DNA from: Dehalococcoidia bacterium
GTDB lineage: Bacteria > Chloroflexota > Dehalococcoidia > DSTF01 > WHTK01
NCBI GenBank assembly: GCA_009377745.1
Contig: WHTK01000016.1
Coordinates: 1,328-65,327 of the forward strand
DNA length: 64,000 nucleotides
Direction of reading: 5' to 3'
Part shown: one piece after another, positions 19,521 through 28,954 of the stretch
How the letters are laid out: each line of letters opens with the position of its first letter
Numbering within the stretch: the first letter of the stretch is position 1
Notes under the pieces: generated by a model
The model's input: only the letters and a program-made list of their open reading frames with translations
Database searches by the model: none
Told to the model about the DNA's origin: nothing
Made by a program: the position numbers and the translations under genes

Positions 19521-19723
19521 ATTGTCTGCGGGACAATGCCGGTTTTTTGAGCTACGCTTAGCGTCCCAGCAGACTCAAGAATGCTAGAATTTCATTGTCT
19601 CGGGGACAAAGCCCCCGGCGACCTGACTGAATTTCGAGGACGGTTTCGCGGTTTGAGACTAACCCCCGATAACCCTTGCTTCCAAGCAGGCTGTCGCGGG
19701 TTCGAGTCCCGTCCCCCGCTCCA
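19521..19723 (+). repeat. Repeat A1: two ATTGTC-N5/6-GACAA palindromes (19521-19537, 19593-19610) followed by tRNA 3'-end-like core (19673-19723, canonical T-arm + acceptor + CCA)
   Basis: attgtctgcgggacaat ... cattgtctcggggacaaag ... ccttgcttccaagcaggctgtcgcgggttcgagtcccgtcccccgctcca; homologous to 23284-23468 and (3' part) to the tRNA-like gene at 24748. Confidence 0.6.
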
Positions 19724-19888
19724 TTTACCCAGATTTTAGATTGAAACCAGGTCCAGTTTCCGATTGTTTGTGTAGTTTCCCGCTGTTGCCGAACGCGGGT
19801 AAGATGTCAGTTGCCCAGTAGGGCCGACCGTCGAGGAGCGGGTGGAACCACTCCTTCTTCGAGAGGAAAAAACCAAGGCGTCGTCTGG

Positions 19889-21031
19889 TTAGCCAGCGCC
19901 AACTCTCTCGGTAACACCGATGCCGCTATCGCTTTCCTCCCTTGGCTCGCGCGCCCTCCGTGCAATGGCTTTCGCTATCCTCACAGCGTCCCGGCCCACG
20001 CCATGGATCATCGAGGACGAGGCGGCGTACAGGAAGGACAAGCCGACGAAGTACAGACCCGGCTCGTCTGGTACTATGCCACGCTCGTGAATCGGCCCCC
20101 CATCTTTGAAAATTGGGAGGTCAATCCAGGAGAAACCAGGGTAAAACCCCGTGCACCAGACCACATTGGTCACTTCCAAAATGCGGCCGTCCTCGAGCAC
20201 CGGCCTTCCGTCCTGGACGCCGACAGTCCGCGGGACGCGCTCGACCCCGGCCAACGCTAGATCTTTGGGTTTGGTCCGTAGCAGCGGCATGCCGTGAGAG
20301 AGGACCTTGGCGCGGACCTTCCGGCCAATGGGCGTGTCCACTGTTAGCAAGCGGTGGAAAAGCACGCGCAACACCAAGCGTATGAGCAAATAACGCGCCG
20401 CGGTTCCCTCGATGTTGAACGGCACATGGCCTGTGTCGTTACCAGACATCCAGGTGCGGTGACCGCGCGCTGCTTCAAGGGCGATTTCGGACCCGGAGTT
20501 GCCGGCTCCAACGATTAACACAGCGCCATCTCGGAGTTGCGATGGGTTTCGATAATCGCTCGAGTGAAGCTGCACGATACTGGCGTCCAGTTTCCGCGCA
20601 AACTCAGGGATCCTCGGTCGCTGCCAGTTCGACATCGCTACGACCACGTTTTCGGCCTCGAATGTGGACTCGCTTGTCCTGAGGACGAACCGTTCCCGCT
20701 CCCGCGATAGGCCTACTACATTTATTCCGGTTCTTACCGGGAGCTCGAAATGCTCGGCGTACGCCTCGAGGTAGTCCGCCATCTGGTTCTTCGTGGGAAA
20801 CACATGCGTTGGGGAAGGGAAAGGCATACCGGGCAGGGCATCGTAACAAGCGGGCGTAAACAGACGGAGCGAGTCCCAGCGCTGCCGCCACGAATCTCCT
20901 ACCCGCTCATTGCCATCTAGGATGACGAATGGTTGGCCTAGGCGCGCAAGATAGTAGCCAACGGAAAGACCCGCCTGGCCCGCGCCGATCACTATCGTCT
21001 GAAACCTCTCAGGTTGAGTTGTAGCGCTCAC
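19889..21031 (-). CDS. Flavin-containing monooxygenase-like NAD(P)/FAD-binding oxidoreductase (COG2072-type)
   Basis: N-terminal IVIGAGQAGLSVGYYLARLG dinucleotide fold; second GAGNSGSEIALE motif. Confidence 0.75.
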   Translation of the reverse strand: MSATTQPERFQTIVIGAGQAGLSVGYYLARLGQPFVILDGNERVGDSWRQRWDSLRLFTPACYDALPGMPFPSPTHVFPTKNQMADYLEAYAEHFELPVRTGINVVGLSRERERFVLRTSESTFEAENVVVAMSNWQRPRIPEFARKLDASIVQLHSSDYRNPSQLRDGAVLIVGAGNSGSEIALEAARGHRTWMSGNDTGHVPFNIEGTAARYLLIRLVLRVLFHRLLTVDTPIGRKVRAKVLSHGMPLLRTKPKDLALAGVERVPRTVGVQDGRPVLEDGRILEVTNVVWCTGFYPGFSWIDLPIFKDGGPIHERGIVPDEPGLYFVGLSFLYAASSSMIHGVGRDAVRIAKAIARRAREPREESDSGIGVTERVGAG

Positions 21032-21128
21032 TTTGGCCTCCTTGATTCAGAGAGCGGTAGCCGAAGTGGTTAGGGGCGCGCCTTGTGTCGGGGCGCCCCT
21101 AACCACTTCTCGAGGTAGACTTCGCGAC

Positions 21129-21575
21129 TCAGGCCGAAGCAGGCACGGGCGCCTGGATCAGGCCCAGTTGGCGGAAGATGTCGAGCGTGTCACAGATCTC
21201 CCATTCCTCGACGATCTTTCCGCCCTCGACGCGGCAAGCGTTCATCGTCCAGCGGATGTCGATGCTCCGGCCCGTCGGAGGTATCTCCCCGAATGGTCCT
21301 GTGTGCGTGCCCTGCATTCGGACCCTGCTGAAGACACGGTCGCCCTCGCCGAAGATATCCTCGACTGTCACCTTGAGGTCTGGAGCTGCCGTCATGTAGC
21401 GCTGAAGGTGGGCCTTGATGTTCTCCCGGCCCCGGACCTCGCCCTGCGAGTCGTAGTAGACGGCATTCTCGGCGTAGAAGCCGTCAAACGCCGAGAGGTC
21501 GCGCCTGTTCGCCGCCTCCCAGCAGCCAAGCACTACTTTCTTGTTGTCTTCAACCACAGCCTTCCTCCTATTCAT
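21129..21575 (-). CDS. SnoaL-like / NTF2-fold ester-cyclase family protein
   Basis: 148 aa; KVVLGCWEAANRRDLSAFDGFYAENAVYYDSQGE...GKIVEEWEICD pattern. Confidence 0.6.
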   Translation of the reverse strand: MNRRKAVVEDNKKVVLGCWEAANRRDLSAFDGFYAENAVYYDSQGEVRGRENIKAHLQRYMTAAPDLKVTVEDIFGEGDRVFSRVRMQGTHTGPFGEIPPTGRSIDIRWTMNACRVEGGKIVEEWEICDTLDIFRQLGLIQAPVPASA

Positions 21576-21676
21576 TTGCCGGGACCCAGTTCCCGGTTCC
21601 TGAAGGCATTCTCAAAGCAGGAGGAAGGCGGCGCATGGGGCGATCGCCCTAATTTGGAGCAGCTTCTAGGGAAGGG

Positions 21677-23248
21677 TTAGCTGGGGATTGGTTCTGCGAT
21701 CAGCCCGTGTTGGACGGCGAAGAGCGTAGCGCCGACGCGCGTCGATACGCCGATCTTGCTGTAGATGTTCTCGAGGTGATGTCCCACAGTCTTGGGCGCG
21801 AGGAAAAGCGCTTCAGCTATCTGGCGGTTGGAAAGGCCGCGCACTGCAAGGCAAAGAACTTCCACTTCTCGTTCGCTAAGACCGGCAGGCAACGGTCGCT
21901 TATCGCGCTGAGGCTGATGTCCGGCCGCGCTGAGGAGCGCCTCGACTACGTCGCGGTCGAGCTTGCCATGATCGGCCTGTCTGCGCACCTCATCTGCTGC
22001 GAGCTCAGGTGTCATCGCCTCGCGGTGAGGACGCGGCTCGAGCTTGCTCTGGTAAGTATCCGCGGCCGCAAGGATCCGGGCGGTGAGCGGAAGCGAGGTG
22101 GCGGAGAGTCCACGATAGCCGGAACCGTCGAGCTTCTCGTGGTGTAGGCCGGCGAGCGTCCCCAAGTGGCCAAGGGAACTGGAGCGGGCGAGCACAATCT
22201 CAGTGAGCGAAGGATGCCGTTTCATGCGCTCCCACTCCTCGCCACTGAGCGGCTCTGTTTTATTCCAGAAGGAGACAGGTGCGCCCGCACGGCCCAAGTC
22301 ATGCAGCAGGCCTGCGTGTCGAAGTGCCATCGCCTCGCTCGCAGGAACTCCAAGCGCTAGGGCCGCTCGTTCGGCAAGGGAGGCGACCATAGGGGAATGG
22401 CCGACAGTGTACGGCGAACGCATATCGATAAAGTTGGCGACCTTGCAGGCGACCTCATCGAACTGAGCGAAAGAGAGGAGTCGCGGGGGAGCCGGTTCAA
22501 CACTCAGTACAGCATCCCAGGCCGACTCAGACTGGAGCCGATTGAGAAGCGCTGCCCCGACCGCGCTGAATCGCTCGGCGATGCGAGGGTCGTAGATCTT
22601 GCCGGCTCGCTTGCGCACCACTGTGAGGGCAGCGTCGGCGCCACCCAGCCGGTTGAATACCTCGACGTCTTGAGCCAGGATGAAGATCCGTGCGGCGAGG
22701 TGGATTTCCTCCCCCTTGAGCCCCAATACGGGTCCCTTGCCGTTCCAATGCTCGTCGCACTGACCCAGAGCTTCCTTAATTGCGGGGCCGAGGTCGAGCA
22801 AGCCGCCGACGTGCAGCGCAACGTCACGGCATATTGCCTGCGACTGTCTGCCCAAGGACAAGAGCTTGGTGAGGCGTCGCAAAGGGGGGTCACCGGCGCC
22901 TGCATGGCGCAGAAAGAACGCTGCGACCTTTAGCGGCTGCGATGGGTCGAGCATGGCCATCTCTTCGCGTACGGCGATTTCGTCCTTGACGAAGCCCGCG
23001 AAGGCCGAGCCATCCAGCACACAGCCGACGCTGCCGAGGAGAGCGACGTAGTAGGCATCGCTCAGGTCCCGCTGACTGAGGCCAAGCTCCTCGCCCAGCC
23101 AGACTGCCAGCAGTGTGCGCCGCAGGCTATGCTCAAGCGGCTGGCCCTCGGCCAAGTCCGTGGCGAGGGCCAGCGAGGCGATGACATCCGCCATGCGAAC
23201 GGTGGGCGCGGTGGCTTGTCTGTCCGCCATACCGGCTGTTGTTGTCAC
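21677..23248 (-). CDS. HD-GYP-type phosphohydrolase domain fused to C-terminal LuxR HTH regulator
   Basis: HDLGRAG...HHEKLDGSGYRG (HD-GYP) and LSEREVEVLCLAVRGLSNRQIAEALFLAPKTVGHHLENIYSKIGV (LuxR HTH). Confidence 0.7.
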   Translation of the reverse strand: MTTTAGMADRQATAPTVRMADVIASLALATDLAEGQPLEHSLRRTLLAVWLGEELGLSQRDLSDAYYVALLGSVGCVLDGSAFAGFVKDEIAVREEMAMLDPSQPLKVAAFFLRHAGAGDPPLRRLTKLLSLGRQSQAICRDVALHVGGLLDLGPAIKEALGQCDEHWNGKGPVLGLKGEEIHLAARIFILAQDVEVFNRLGGADAALTVVRKRAGKIYDPRIAERFSAVGAALLNRLQSESAWDAVLSVEPAPPRLLSFAQFDEVACKVANFIDMRSPYTVGHSPMVASLAERAALALGVPASEAMALRHAGLLHDLGRAGAPVSFWNKTEPLSGEEWERMKRHPSLTEIVLARSSSLGHLGTLAGLHHEKLDGSGYRGLSATSLPLTARILAAADTYQSKLEPRPHREAMTPELAADEVRRQADHGKLDRDVVEALLSAAGHQPQRDKRPLPAGLSEREVEVLCLAVRGLSNRQIAEALFLAPKTVGHHLENIYSKIGVSTRVGATLFAVQHGLIAEPIPS

Positions 23249-23283
23249 AGCGAGATGCTACCAGAGCAGCCAAGCTCCTGTGT

Positions 23284-23468
23284 GATTGTCTGTCAGACAA
23301 TGCAGAATTTCGCATCTGCTCTAGCTTCGAGCCAGACTCGTTGATGCTAAAATTTCATTGTCTCGGGGACAAAACCCCCGGCGACCTGCCTGAATTTCGA
23401 AAAGGCGCTTTCGCGGTGCAGGAGTGACCCCCGACATCCTTGCTTCCAAGCAGGCTGTCGCGGGTTCG
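23284..23468 (+). repeat. Repeat A2: two ATTGTC-N-GACAA palindromes (23284-23302, 23355-23373) + truncated tRNA 3'-like core (23438-23468)
   Basis: gattgtctgtcagacaatg ... cattgtctcggggacaaaa ... ccttgcttccaagcaggctgtcgcgggttcg then diverges. Confidence 0.6.
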
Positions 23469-23505
23469 TCGGTGATTTTCTTCAAGGTCTCCCAGCCTCC
23501 ACCTG

Positions 23506-23955
23506 TTACGCTAATAGCCGTCGAATTGCTTCTCTCTGTTCATCAACTGCAAACGTTACAAGCCCTCTAAGTGCCTTTTCACTGACAGACCGGGGCATCA
23601 CTGGATCACCTAGCGCCCTAACCTTGTCTTTCACATCCACAGCGAGGCTGAGAAGGGTCAGCGCTTGGGTTACGCGGGCACGGGAGACGCCTAGCTTTCG
23701 CGCGAGGTCAGCCCGTGAGCGCACCTCCCCGGCGACAATCCGTTGCTGCCATTCTTCTGCCAAGATAACGGGATTGCGCTGCTGGCGCTCAGGCTTGGCC
23801 GCCTCCTTAAGAACCAAGACCGGTGAGGCGGAGCTCCTTGTTTCGCTAAACTTAAACTCGTGTGACTGGCGCGCCCCTTGATAGGATGATCGAAGCGTCG
23901 CCAATACGCTAAGCTTCAGGGAAGTTCGGGTTTTCCCCCGGCCTGGGGGAGCCAA
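23506..23955 (-). CDS. ParB-HTH-only protein (central ParB/Spo0J HTH domain, no N-terminal CTP-binding domain) - repeat-module copy 1
   Basis: ...KPERQQRNPVILAEEWQQRIVAGEVRSRADLARKLGVSRARVTQALTLLSL..; conserved N-terminus RTSLKLSVLATLRSSY. Palindromic upstream 23956-23980 and divergent leader ATGACTCGGGACAAAGG at 23987. Confidence 0.6.
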   Translation of the reverse strand: MAPPGRGKTRTSLKLSVLATLRSSYQGARQSHEFKFSETRSSASPVLVLKEAAKPERQQRNPVILAEEWQQRIVAGEVRSRADLARKLGVSRARVTQALTLLSLAVDVKDKVRALGDPVMPRSVSEKALRGLVTFAVDEQREAIRRLLA

Positions 23956-24747
23956 TTTAACACATATGTTCTAGACTGGTGCGATGACTCGGGACAAAGG
24001 TGATCGGTCTCCGAAGGTAGTGCAGCGGCGTGACGCGCTTGAGTAAGGACCCTCTGGAGGTCATAGAGCGCTCTCCTTGCAGAAGCTGGTGAGCGCTCCT
24101 ACCGTTCAGAATGGCTTATGATCAGCATCAGGCGAATTCCGAATGCTGTCACGTGCCTCCGACTCCAGTCGCTGCTAAGACGTAACCTGCAACGGAACCG
24201 CCCTTACATTTAGGGCCTCCCGTGTTCGCGCTTTCTACTGCCCGCAAAGTGCTTCAGGAGCGGCCGTTGGGATCCAATTCGTGCTCTGTGCAGTATTCTC
24301 AATCAGCATTCGGCGTTGGCGCCTGGCGTGAAAGGAGCTTGAGGGAGTTGCTCGATGACCGAGAGGCGAATGTTCGTTGGCCCAACGAATCCGAGTGCAG
24401 AACCTATTTGTACACTTGACCGGGAAACGGCTCTAGCGCGGCAGGAACCGCCGGACAGATTTCTCGACTCAGCCTTTGATCAGAAGGCCATGGCTACAGG
24501 TATAGAGTATCGGTTTCGGCAATCGGACGACCTATGGGACAGGGCGCAGACTTTCATCAAGGAAGAGGCGTTGTGTTGCCCGTTCCTCGGTTTTGAAGTC
24601 GCAGAGCGAGACCAAACGTGGTACTAAGAATCTTTCGGCCGGAGATAAGCGTCGACTAAAGGTTCAACGGTCGGGCGGCCGTCTGGGATGAGCAGCCGGG
24701 TTACAATCCCTTGTTCTTGGAGCCCTTCCGGTCTTCTGCGCTACAAT

Positions 24748-24823
24748 TGCCAAATCTGCGCGGGGGTAGCTCAGTTGGTGGAGTACGTGCCTTCCACGCC
24801 AGGCTGCCGCGAGTTCGAGTATC
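24748..24823 (+). tRNA. tRNA-like gene (canonical 5' half, degenerate 3' half; anticodon arm non-canonical, loop contains TTCCA) - probable tRNA pseudogene or indel-affected tRNA
   Basis: GCGGGGGTAGCTCAGTTGGTGGAGTA... ...GAGTTCGAGTATCGTCCCCGCTCCA. Acceptor pairs but T-stem has a G-A mismatch and the C-run is one nt shorter than in repeat A1. Downstream 13 nt (tttacccagattt) also shared with A1. Confidence 0.45.
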
Positions 24824-24982
24824 GTCCCCGCTCCATTTACCCAGATTTCCGAGTCGAACCACGACACCCTCCGAATAGGTATGTGTCGGTGATTGTTCAG
24901 CCAGCTTCTACCACGAGCAAGCTCTCGCGCGGTACGCCTGGTTAAATTGGTCGTCCGCTAATCGTCCGCTGCTCCAATATCA

Positions 24983-26950
24983 TCATGGTCTCAATTTGTG
25001 TTGGCCAGACGATTTTAGAGTTGGCGGTGGCAGCAACCGTGTTGAGTTAAGAATGAATGTCAACTCGGAAACAACGTGAATGAGAGCTGCCAAGAGCGGT
25101 CCGAGTAGCCCGGATGCAGCTAGCACCATTCCAGCCATATCGACAGCTAAGGTTCCGGCAAAGTTCTGCATGATTACGCCACGTGTGCGACGACTGATCC
25201 GCAGAGTGTCAACGAACTTCGAGAGGTCATTGCCAATTAGGACGACGTGCGCACTCTCGCGCGTTACGTCGGTGCCAGACCCCATCGCCACCCCAACACT
25301 AGCCTCGGCCAAAGCAGAAGCGTCATTGATGCCGTCACCGAGCATTGCGACCGTGTGCCCGCGCGCCATCAGTTCCTGGACGCGCATGCGCTTCTCATCC
25401 GGCAGCATGCCGCCGGCGAATTCGTCAATACCGAGGTGTCGGGACGTTACCTCCGCAACAGCTGGCTGGTCCCCGGTCAAGAGAACGGTTCTCAAGCCCA
25501 TGGCCTTTAGCGCGCAAACGGCTTCGACTGCTTCAGGGCGGAGTGTGTCGGCAAGCAGGATGGAGCCGAGCAGATGACCGTCCCTTGCAACGAGAACTTC
25601 CAATGCTTCGCGGGGCTCTTCTTTCTCGTCAGTTAGCCCGATTCCTCGCTCACTCAGGAAGGCGCGCGTGCCAGCGACAGACTCCCTTCCGGCGAGAAAC
25701 GCGACAACGCCTTTCCCCGGCGAGTATTCAAACGCGTCCGGCTCGGTGACCTCAACGCCTGCTGTCCGCGCGTACGCCATGATGGCGCGGCCCAGGGGAT
25801 GTTCGCTCCGGGCTTCAGCAACGGCGGCCGCCTGGACAACATCCCTAGGAGATGCTCCGTTCGCGGGGATTACGGCCTGGACTGCGGGTGTTCCGAAGGT
25901 GAGTGTGCCGGTCTTGTCCAGGACGACGGTGTCGACTGCCCACAAGGTTTCGAGGTATCTCCCGCCCTTGATGATTGAGCCTTGCCTCGCAGCACGGCCG
26001 ATGCCGCCAAGAATCGCCAAAGGCGTTCCGGCAGCGATACCGCAGGCTCCGGCAACGATCACCACGGAGATCGTCGAGTTCATGTTTCTGGTCAGCAAGA
26101 AGGTCAGCCCTGCGGCGGCGAGCGCAAAGTAGACGAGGTATCCGGATAGCCGGTCCGCGGTCCTTTGAACTGGCGCACGCGAACGTTCGGCGTGCTCTAC
26201 AGCTTCGACGATCTTGCCGAAGGTCGAGTCCCGCCCTAAGCGCTCGGCGCGCAGTTCCAGCGCTCCCGACTGATTAACCGTACCGGCAAATACCTGATCG
26301 CCGGGTCCCTTCTCAGCGGGCATGGCCTCTCCAGTGATCGTCGTCTCGTCAACATAGGAGGAGCCGCTCAGCACCGCACCGTCGACCGGTATGCCGGCGC
26401 CTGGGTTAACCAGCACGATGTCGCCAACCCTCAGCTCTCCTATAAGTACCTCCTGGGTTTCAAGACCGCGCCGCACCAGCGCAGTGCGGGGCAGGTAACG
26501 CAGTAGATCCTCAATGGCGTGGCGCCCACGCGCCACCGTTAGGTTCTCGAGCACTTCGGCGGCCAGGACGAAAGTGGCAATCACGAGTGCTACAAAGACT
26601 TGGTTGATTGCAAGCGCCGCGAGGAGCGCGATGGCCATCGACAGCTCCATCGTCATCCGGCGTTGGAGCAAGTTTTCCGCCGCCTCCTGCAGGATTGGCC
26701 AGCCACCAATGGCAACCACTAGGCCACCGCTTGCGATGAGCAGTCCCGCAGGCACATCCGCGGTGCGAGTCACTATCCAGACGGCCAGGGCGGCGACCGC
26801 AAGGCAGGCGATTCGCGTAAGGTCTACCAGGCGGACGCCGTGCTCTGCCTGGCCGGCCTCGTCAGGCTGTTCCACCGTTCGAAGTTCGGTAGCCACTGGG
26901 CCTCCCAGTTCTGTTCTGTCGATGGCGCTGTTCGTTGTTGGGCCGGTCAT
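24983..26950 (-). CDS. P1B-type heavy-metal-translocating P-type ATPase lacking N-terminal HMA domain; non-canonical TM6 motif (IVAGACG instead of CPC)
   Basis: DKTGTLT, TGDQPAVA, GDGINDASAL, VAMGSGTDV motifs; 655 aa. Confidence 0.8.
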   Translation of the reverse strand: MTGPTTNSAIDRTELGGPVATELRTVEQPDEAGQAEHGVRLVDLTRIACLAVAALAVWIVTRTADVPAGLLIASGGLVVAIGGWPILQEAAENLLQRRMTMELSMAIALLAALAINQVFVALVIATFVLAAEVLENLTVARGRHAIEDLLRYLPRTALVRRGLETQEVLIGELRVGDIVLVNPGAGIPVDGAVLSGSSYVDETTITGEAMPAEKGPGDQVFAGTVNQSGALELRAERLGRDSTFGKIVEAVEHAERSRAPVQRTADRLSGYLVYFALAAAGLTFLLTRNMNSTISVVIVAGACGIAAGTPLAILGGIGRAARQGSIIKGGRYLETLWAVDTVVLDKTGTLTFGTPAVQAVIPANGASPRDVVQAAAVAEARSEHPLGRAIMAYARTAGVEVTEPDAFEYSPGKGVVAFLAGRESVAGTRAFLSERGIGLTDEKEEPREALEVLVARDGHLLGSILLADTLRPEAVEAVCALKAMGLRTVLLTGDQPAVAEVTSRHLGIDEFAGGMLPDEKRMRVQELMARGHTVAMLGDGINDASALAEASVGVAMGSGTDVTRESAHVVLIGNDLSKFVDTLRISRRTRGVIMQNFAGTLAVDMAGMVLAASGLLGPLLAALIHVVSELTFILNSTRLLPPPTLKSSGQHKLRP

Positions 26951-27225
26951 TTCAAGTACGCGCGAACGACATCGACGAGCTGCTCTACGGCCCGCCCATC
27001 CTCTGATTTCGGGTCAAGTGGCCGAGTAACGATAGGGTCTCGAATGAATCCTTCGAGCACTTCGAACATGAGCCCGTTCATCGCGCCCCGGGCTGAGGCG
27101 ATCAGGCGTAGGGTCTCGTCGCAGTCTGCCTCTTGGACCAGCGCGCGTTCGACCGCATCCATCTGCCCGCCGATACGTCGGACCCGGGCAATGAGCTTCT
27201 GTTTGTCCCGAATGAGATGAGCCAC
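26947..27225 (-). CDS. CsoR/RcnR/FrmR-family (DUF156) metal(loid)-sensing repressor, 4-bp overlap with ATPase start
   Basis: MAHLIRDKQKLIARVRRIGGQMDAVERALVQEADCDETLRLIASARGAMNGLMFEVL (RcnR-like N-terminus HxIRDKQK). Confidence 0.75.
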   Translation of the reverse strand: MAHLIRDKQKLIARVRRIGGQMDAVERALVQEADCDETLRLIASARGAMNGLMFEVLEGFIRDPIVTRPLDPKSEDGRAVEQLVDVVRAYLK

Positions 27226-27395
27226 AACTCGCCCTCCACAGTTCGATACCTAGGGGGACTATAGTACATTCGGCGGCCCGGGCCATATGCCAAGGCTGAA
27301 TAATGGCGGAATTGGACGCAAGATGAAATCCTCGGAGCCATACTGGATTGGCCGAACATCTAGAATGTTACGGCCGTAACATCTAACATCCTTGC

Positions 27396-27965
27396 ATGGG
27401 TAAGCGTGCGTGGCTCCTGTTGACCTATAAGGTTCCGCCCGAACCAGCGCGTCACCGTATCGCACTCTGGCGCCGGCTGAAGGGCCTGGGCGCCGTTTAC
27501 CTCCAGAACGGGGCCTGCCTCCTGCCGAACAGCGATGAGCACCTTCGCCGGCTGAAGATTCTTGAAAATGACATCATCGAAATGCGCGGTGAGGCCGTTC
27601 TGCTCGAGGCGGCGGGGCTGGACGCTCACCAGGAAGAACGTGTTGTCCAGCGTTTCAATGCAGAACGCGATGAGCAATACCAGGAGTTCCTCGGCCGTTG
27701 CGCCGACTTCCACGCTGAAATCCTGCGCGAGACCGAAAGCAATCACTTCTCGTATGCGGAGCTCGAAGAGAACGACGAGGACCTGAAGAAGCTGCAGGCC
27801 TGGCTACCGAAGATCCGCAAGCTTGACTTCTACGCCGCGCCGCTCGCGACGGCGGCCGAGCAGGCACTGAAGGACTGCGAAGGGGAGCTGGACACCTTTT
27901 CCCGCCTCGTCTTCGAGGCTTATGAGGAGAATCGGGCCACCGGCGAACGGACGTCTCCAGCGTGA
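27396..27965 (+). CDS. ChrB-N-terminal-domain-like protein (chromate-resistance regulator-like), paralog of 29896-30423
   Basis: WLLLTYKVPPEPARHRIALWRRLKGLGAVYLQNGACLLP motif; family assignment from memory, moderate-low certainty. Confidence 0.4.
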   Translation: MGKRAWLLLTYKVPPEPARHRIALWRRLKGLGAVYLQNGACLLPNSDEHLRRLKILENDIIEMRGEAVLLEAAGLDAHQEERVVQRFNAERDEQYQEFLGRCADFHAEILRETESNHFSYAELEENDEDLKKLQAWLPKIRKLDFYAAPLATAAEQALKDCEGELDTFSRLVFEAYEENRATGERTSPA

Positions 27966-28933
27966 TCTGGGCTCTCTGGGTCGTCGTCCTGGTAGCTGGC
28001 GTCGCGTTAATTGTCTGGGGCGCCGAAACGTTCGCGGAGCATCTCGGCAGGGCGGCTACGCGTCTCGGCGTTGGCGCCTTCGCGCTGGCACTGCTCCTGG
28101 CGGGCGCCGAGCCGGAGGAGCTCGCCACGGTGGTAACGGCATCCCTTCGCGGAGCGCCCGGTATCGCCTTTGGCGACATCATCGGCACAAACATTGCCAT
28201 GTGCACTGTCGCCCTTGGCCTCGGCGCCGTGATCGCCACTCTTCCTTTCAGTCCGCGCGTCTTCCTGTACGCGGTCGCTGCTCTGCCGGTTGGCGCATTC
28301 GGCGTTGTCCTTGTCTGGGACGGCGAGCTCTCCAGGCTGGAGGGCGCAATCCTTGTCCTGCTCTACGTCGTGTATGTCGCGGTCATCTGGAGGCTCGAGA
28401 GGGCGCCGCCTCTGCTTGGCGAAGTGGAAGAGTTGGCCGAGGCAGAGGAAGAAATGGCGGTCCGGCCGGCGGTTGCGAGCCAAAGGCGCGTCGGAATCGA
28501 GCTGGGCCTGGTGCTCGCAGGCTTGGCGGCGATGGTCGTTGGCTCCACCGCCCTGGTCGAAGCGGTCCGCCAGATCACGAGCATCGAAGCGACGCAGACC
28601 AAGCTGGGCCTGACCCTCGTCGGATTCGCAACGGCATTCGAGCTGGTGATGCTCGTCTGGTCCGCCTCCCGGCGTGGTGCGACCGACGTGGCGCTTGCGG
28701 GAGTGGTCGGCTCCTTCGGCTACAACATGACGATGAGCCTGGGCGCTGGCGCCCTGGTGAAGCCACTCGCGCTCACGGACGCGACTATTCTGCGCGCGCC
28801 CGCTGTGGGCATGATCGTCCTGCTCGTGGCAGTTCTCGCCCTCGCGCTGCCGACCAGGCGCCTCGGGCCGCTCGCCGGCCTGGGACTGCTCGCCACCTAT
28901 CCAGTCTTCGTCCTACTCGTCGTGCTGCTCTAG
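27962..28933 (+). CDS. Ca2+/Na+ antiporter (CaCA) family membrane protein
   Basis: Two alpha-repeat regions: GAETFAEHLG...GAEPEELATVVTA and ATQTKLGLTLVGFATAFELVMLV; about 10 TM. Confidence 0.7.
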   Translation: MIWALWVVVLVAGVALIVWGAETFAEHLGRAATRLGVGAFALALLLAGAEPEELATVVTASLRGAPGIAFGDIIGTNIAMCTVALGLGAVIATLPFSPRVFLYAVAALPVGAFGVVLVWDGELSRLEGAILVLLYVVYVAVIWRLERAPPLLGEVEELAEAEEEMAVRPAVASQRRVGIELGLVLAGLAAMVVGSTALVEAVRQITSIEATQTKLGLTLVGFATAFELVMLVWSASRRGATDVALAGVVGSFGYNMTMSLGAGALVKPLALTDATILRAPAVGMIVLLVAVLALALPTRRLGPLAGLGLLATYPVFVLLVVLL

Positions 28934-28954
28934 CCTTCAGTGGCGCAGTACGAC

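Noticed and set aside
19593-19723. Possible tmRNA or other tRNA-like small RNA (starts GGGGACAAAGCCCC, ends with tRNA-like T-arm/acceptor/CCA)
   Set aside because: The 5' GGGGAC cannot pair with the 3' acceptor strand (CCCCCGC-T-CCA needs GCGGGGG), and there is no tmRNA-like pseudoknot or tag-reading-frame pattern. Better explained as an att-type repeat (arm sites + tRNA 3' core).
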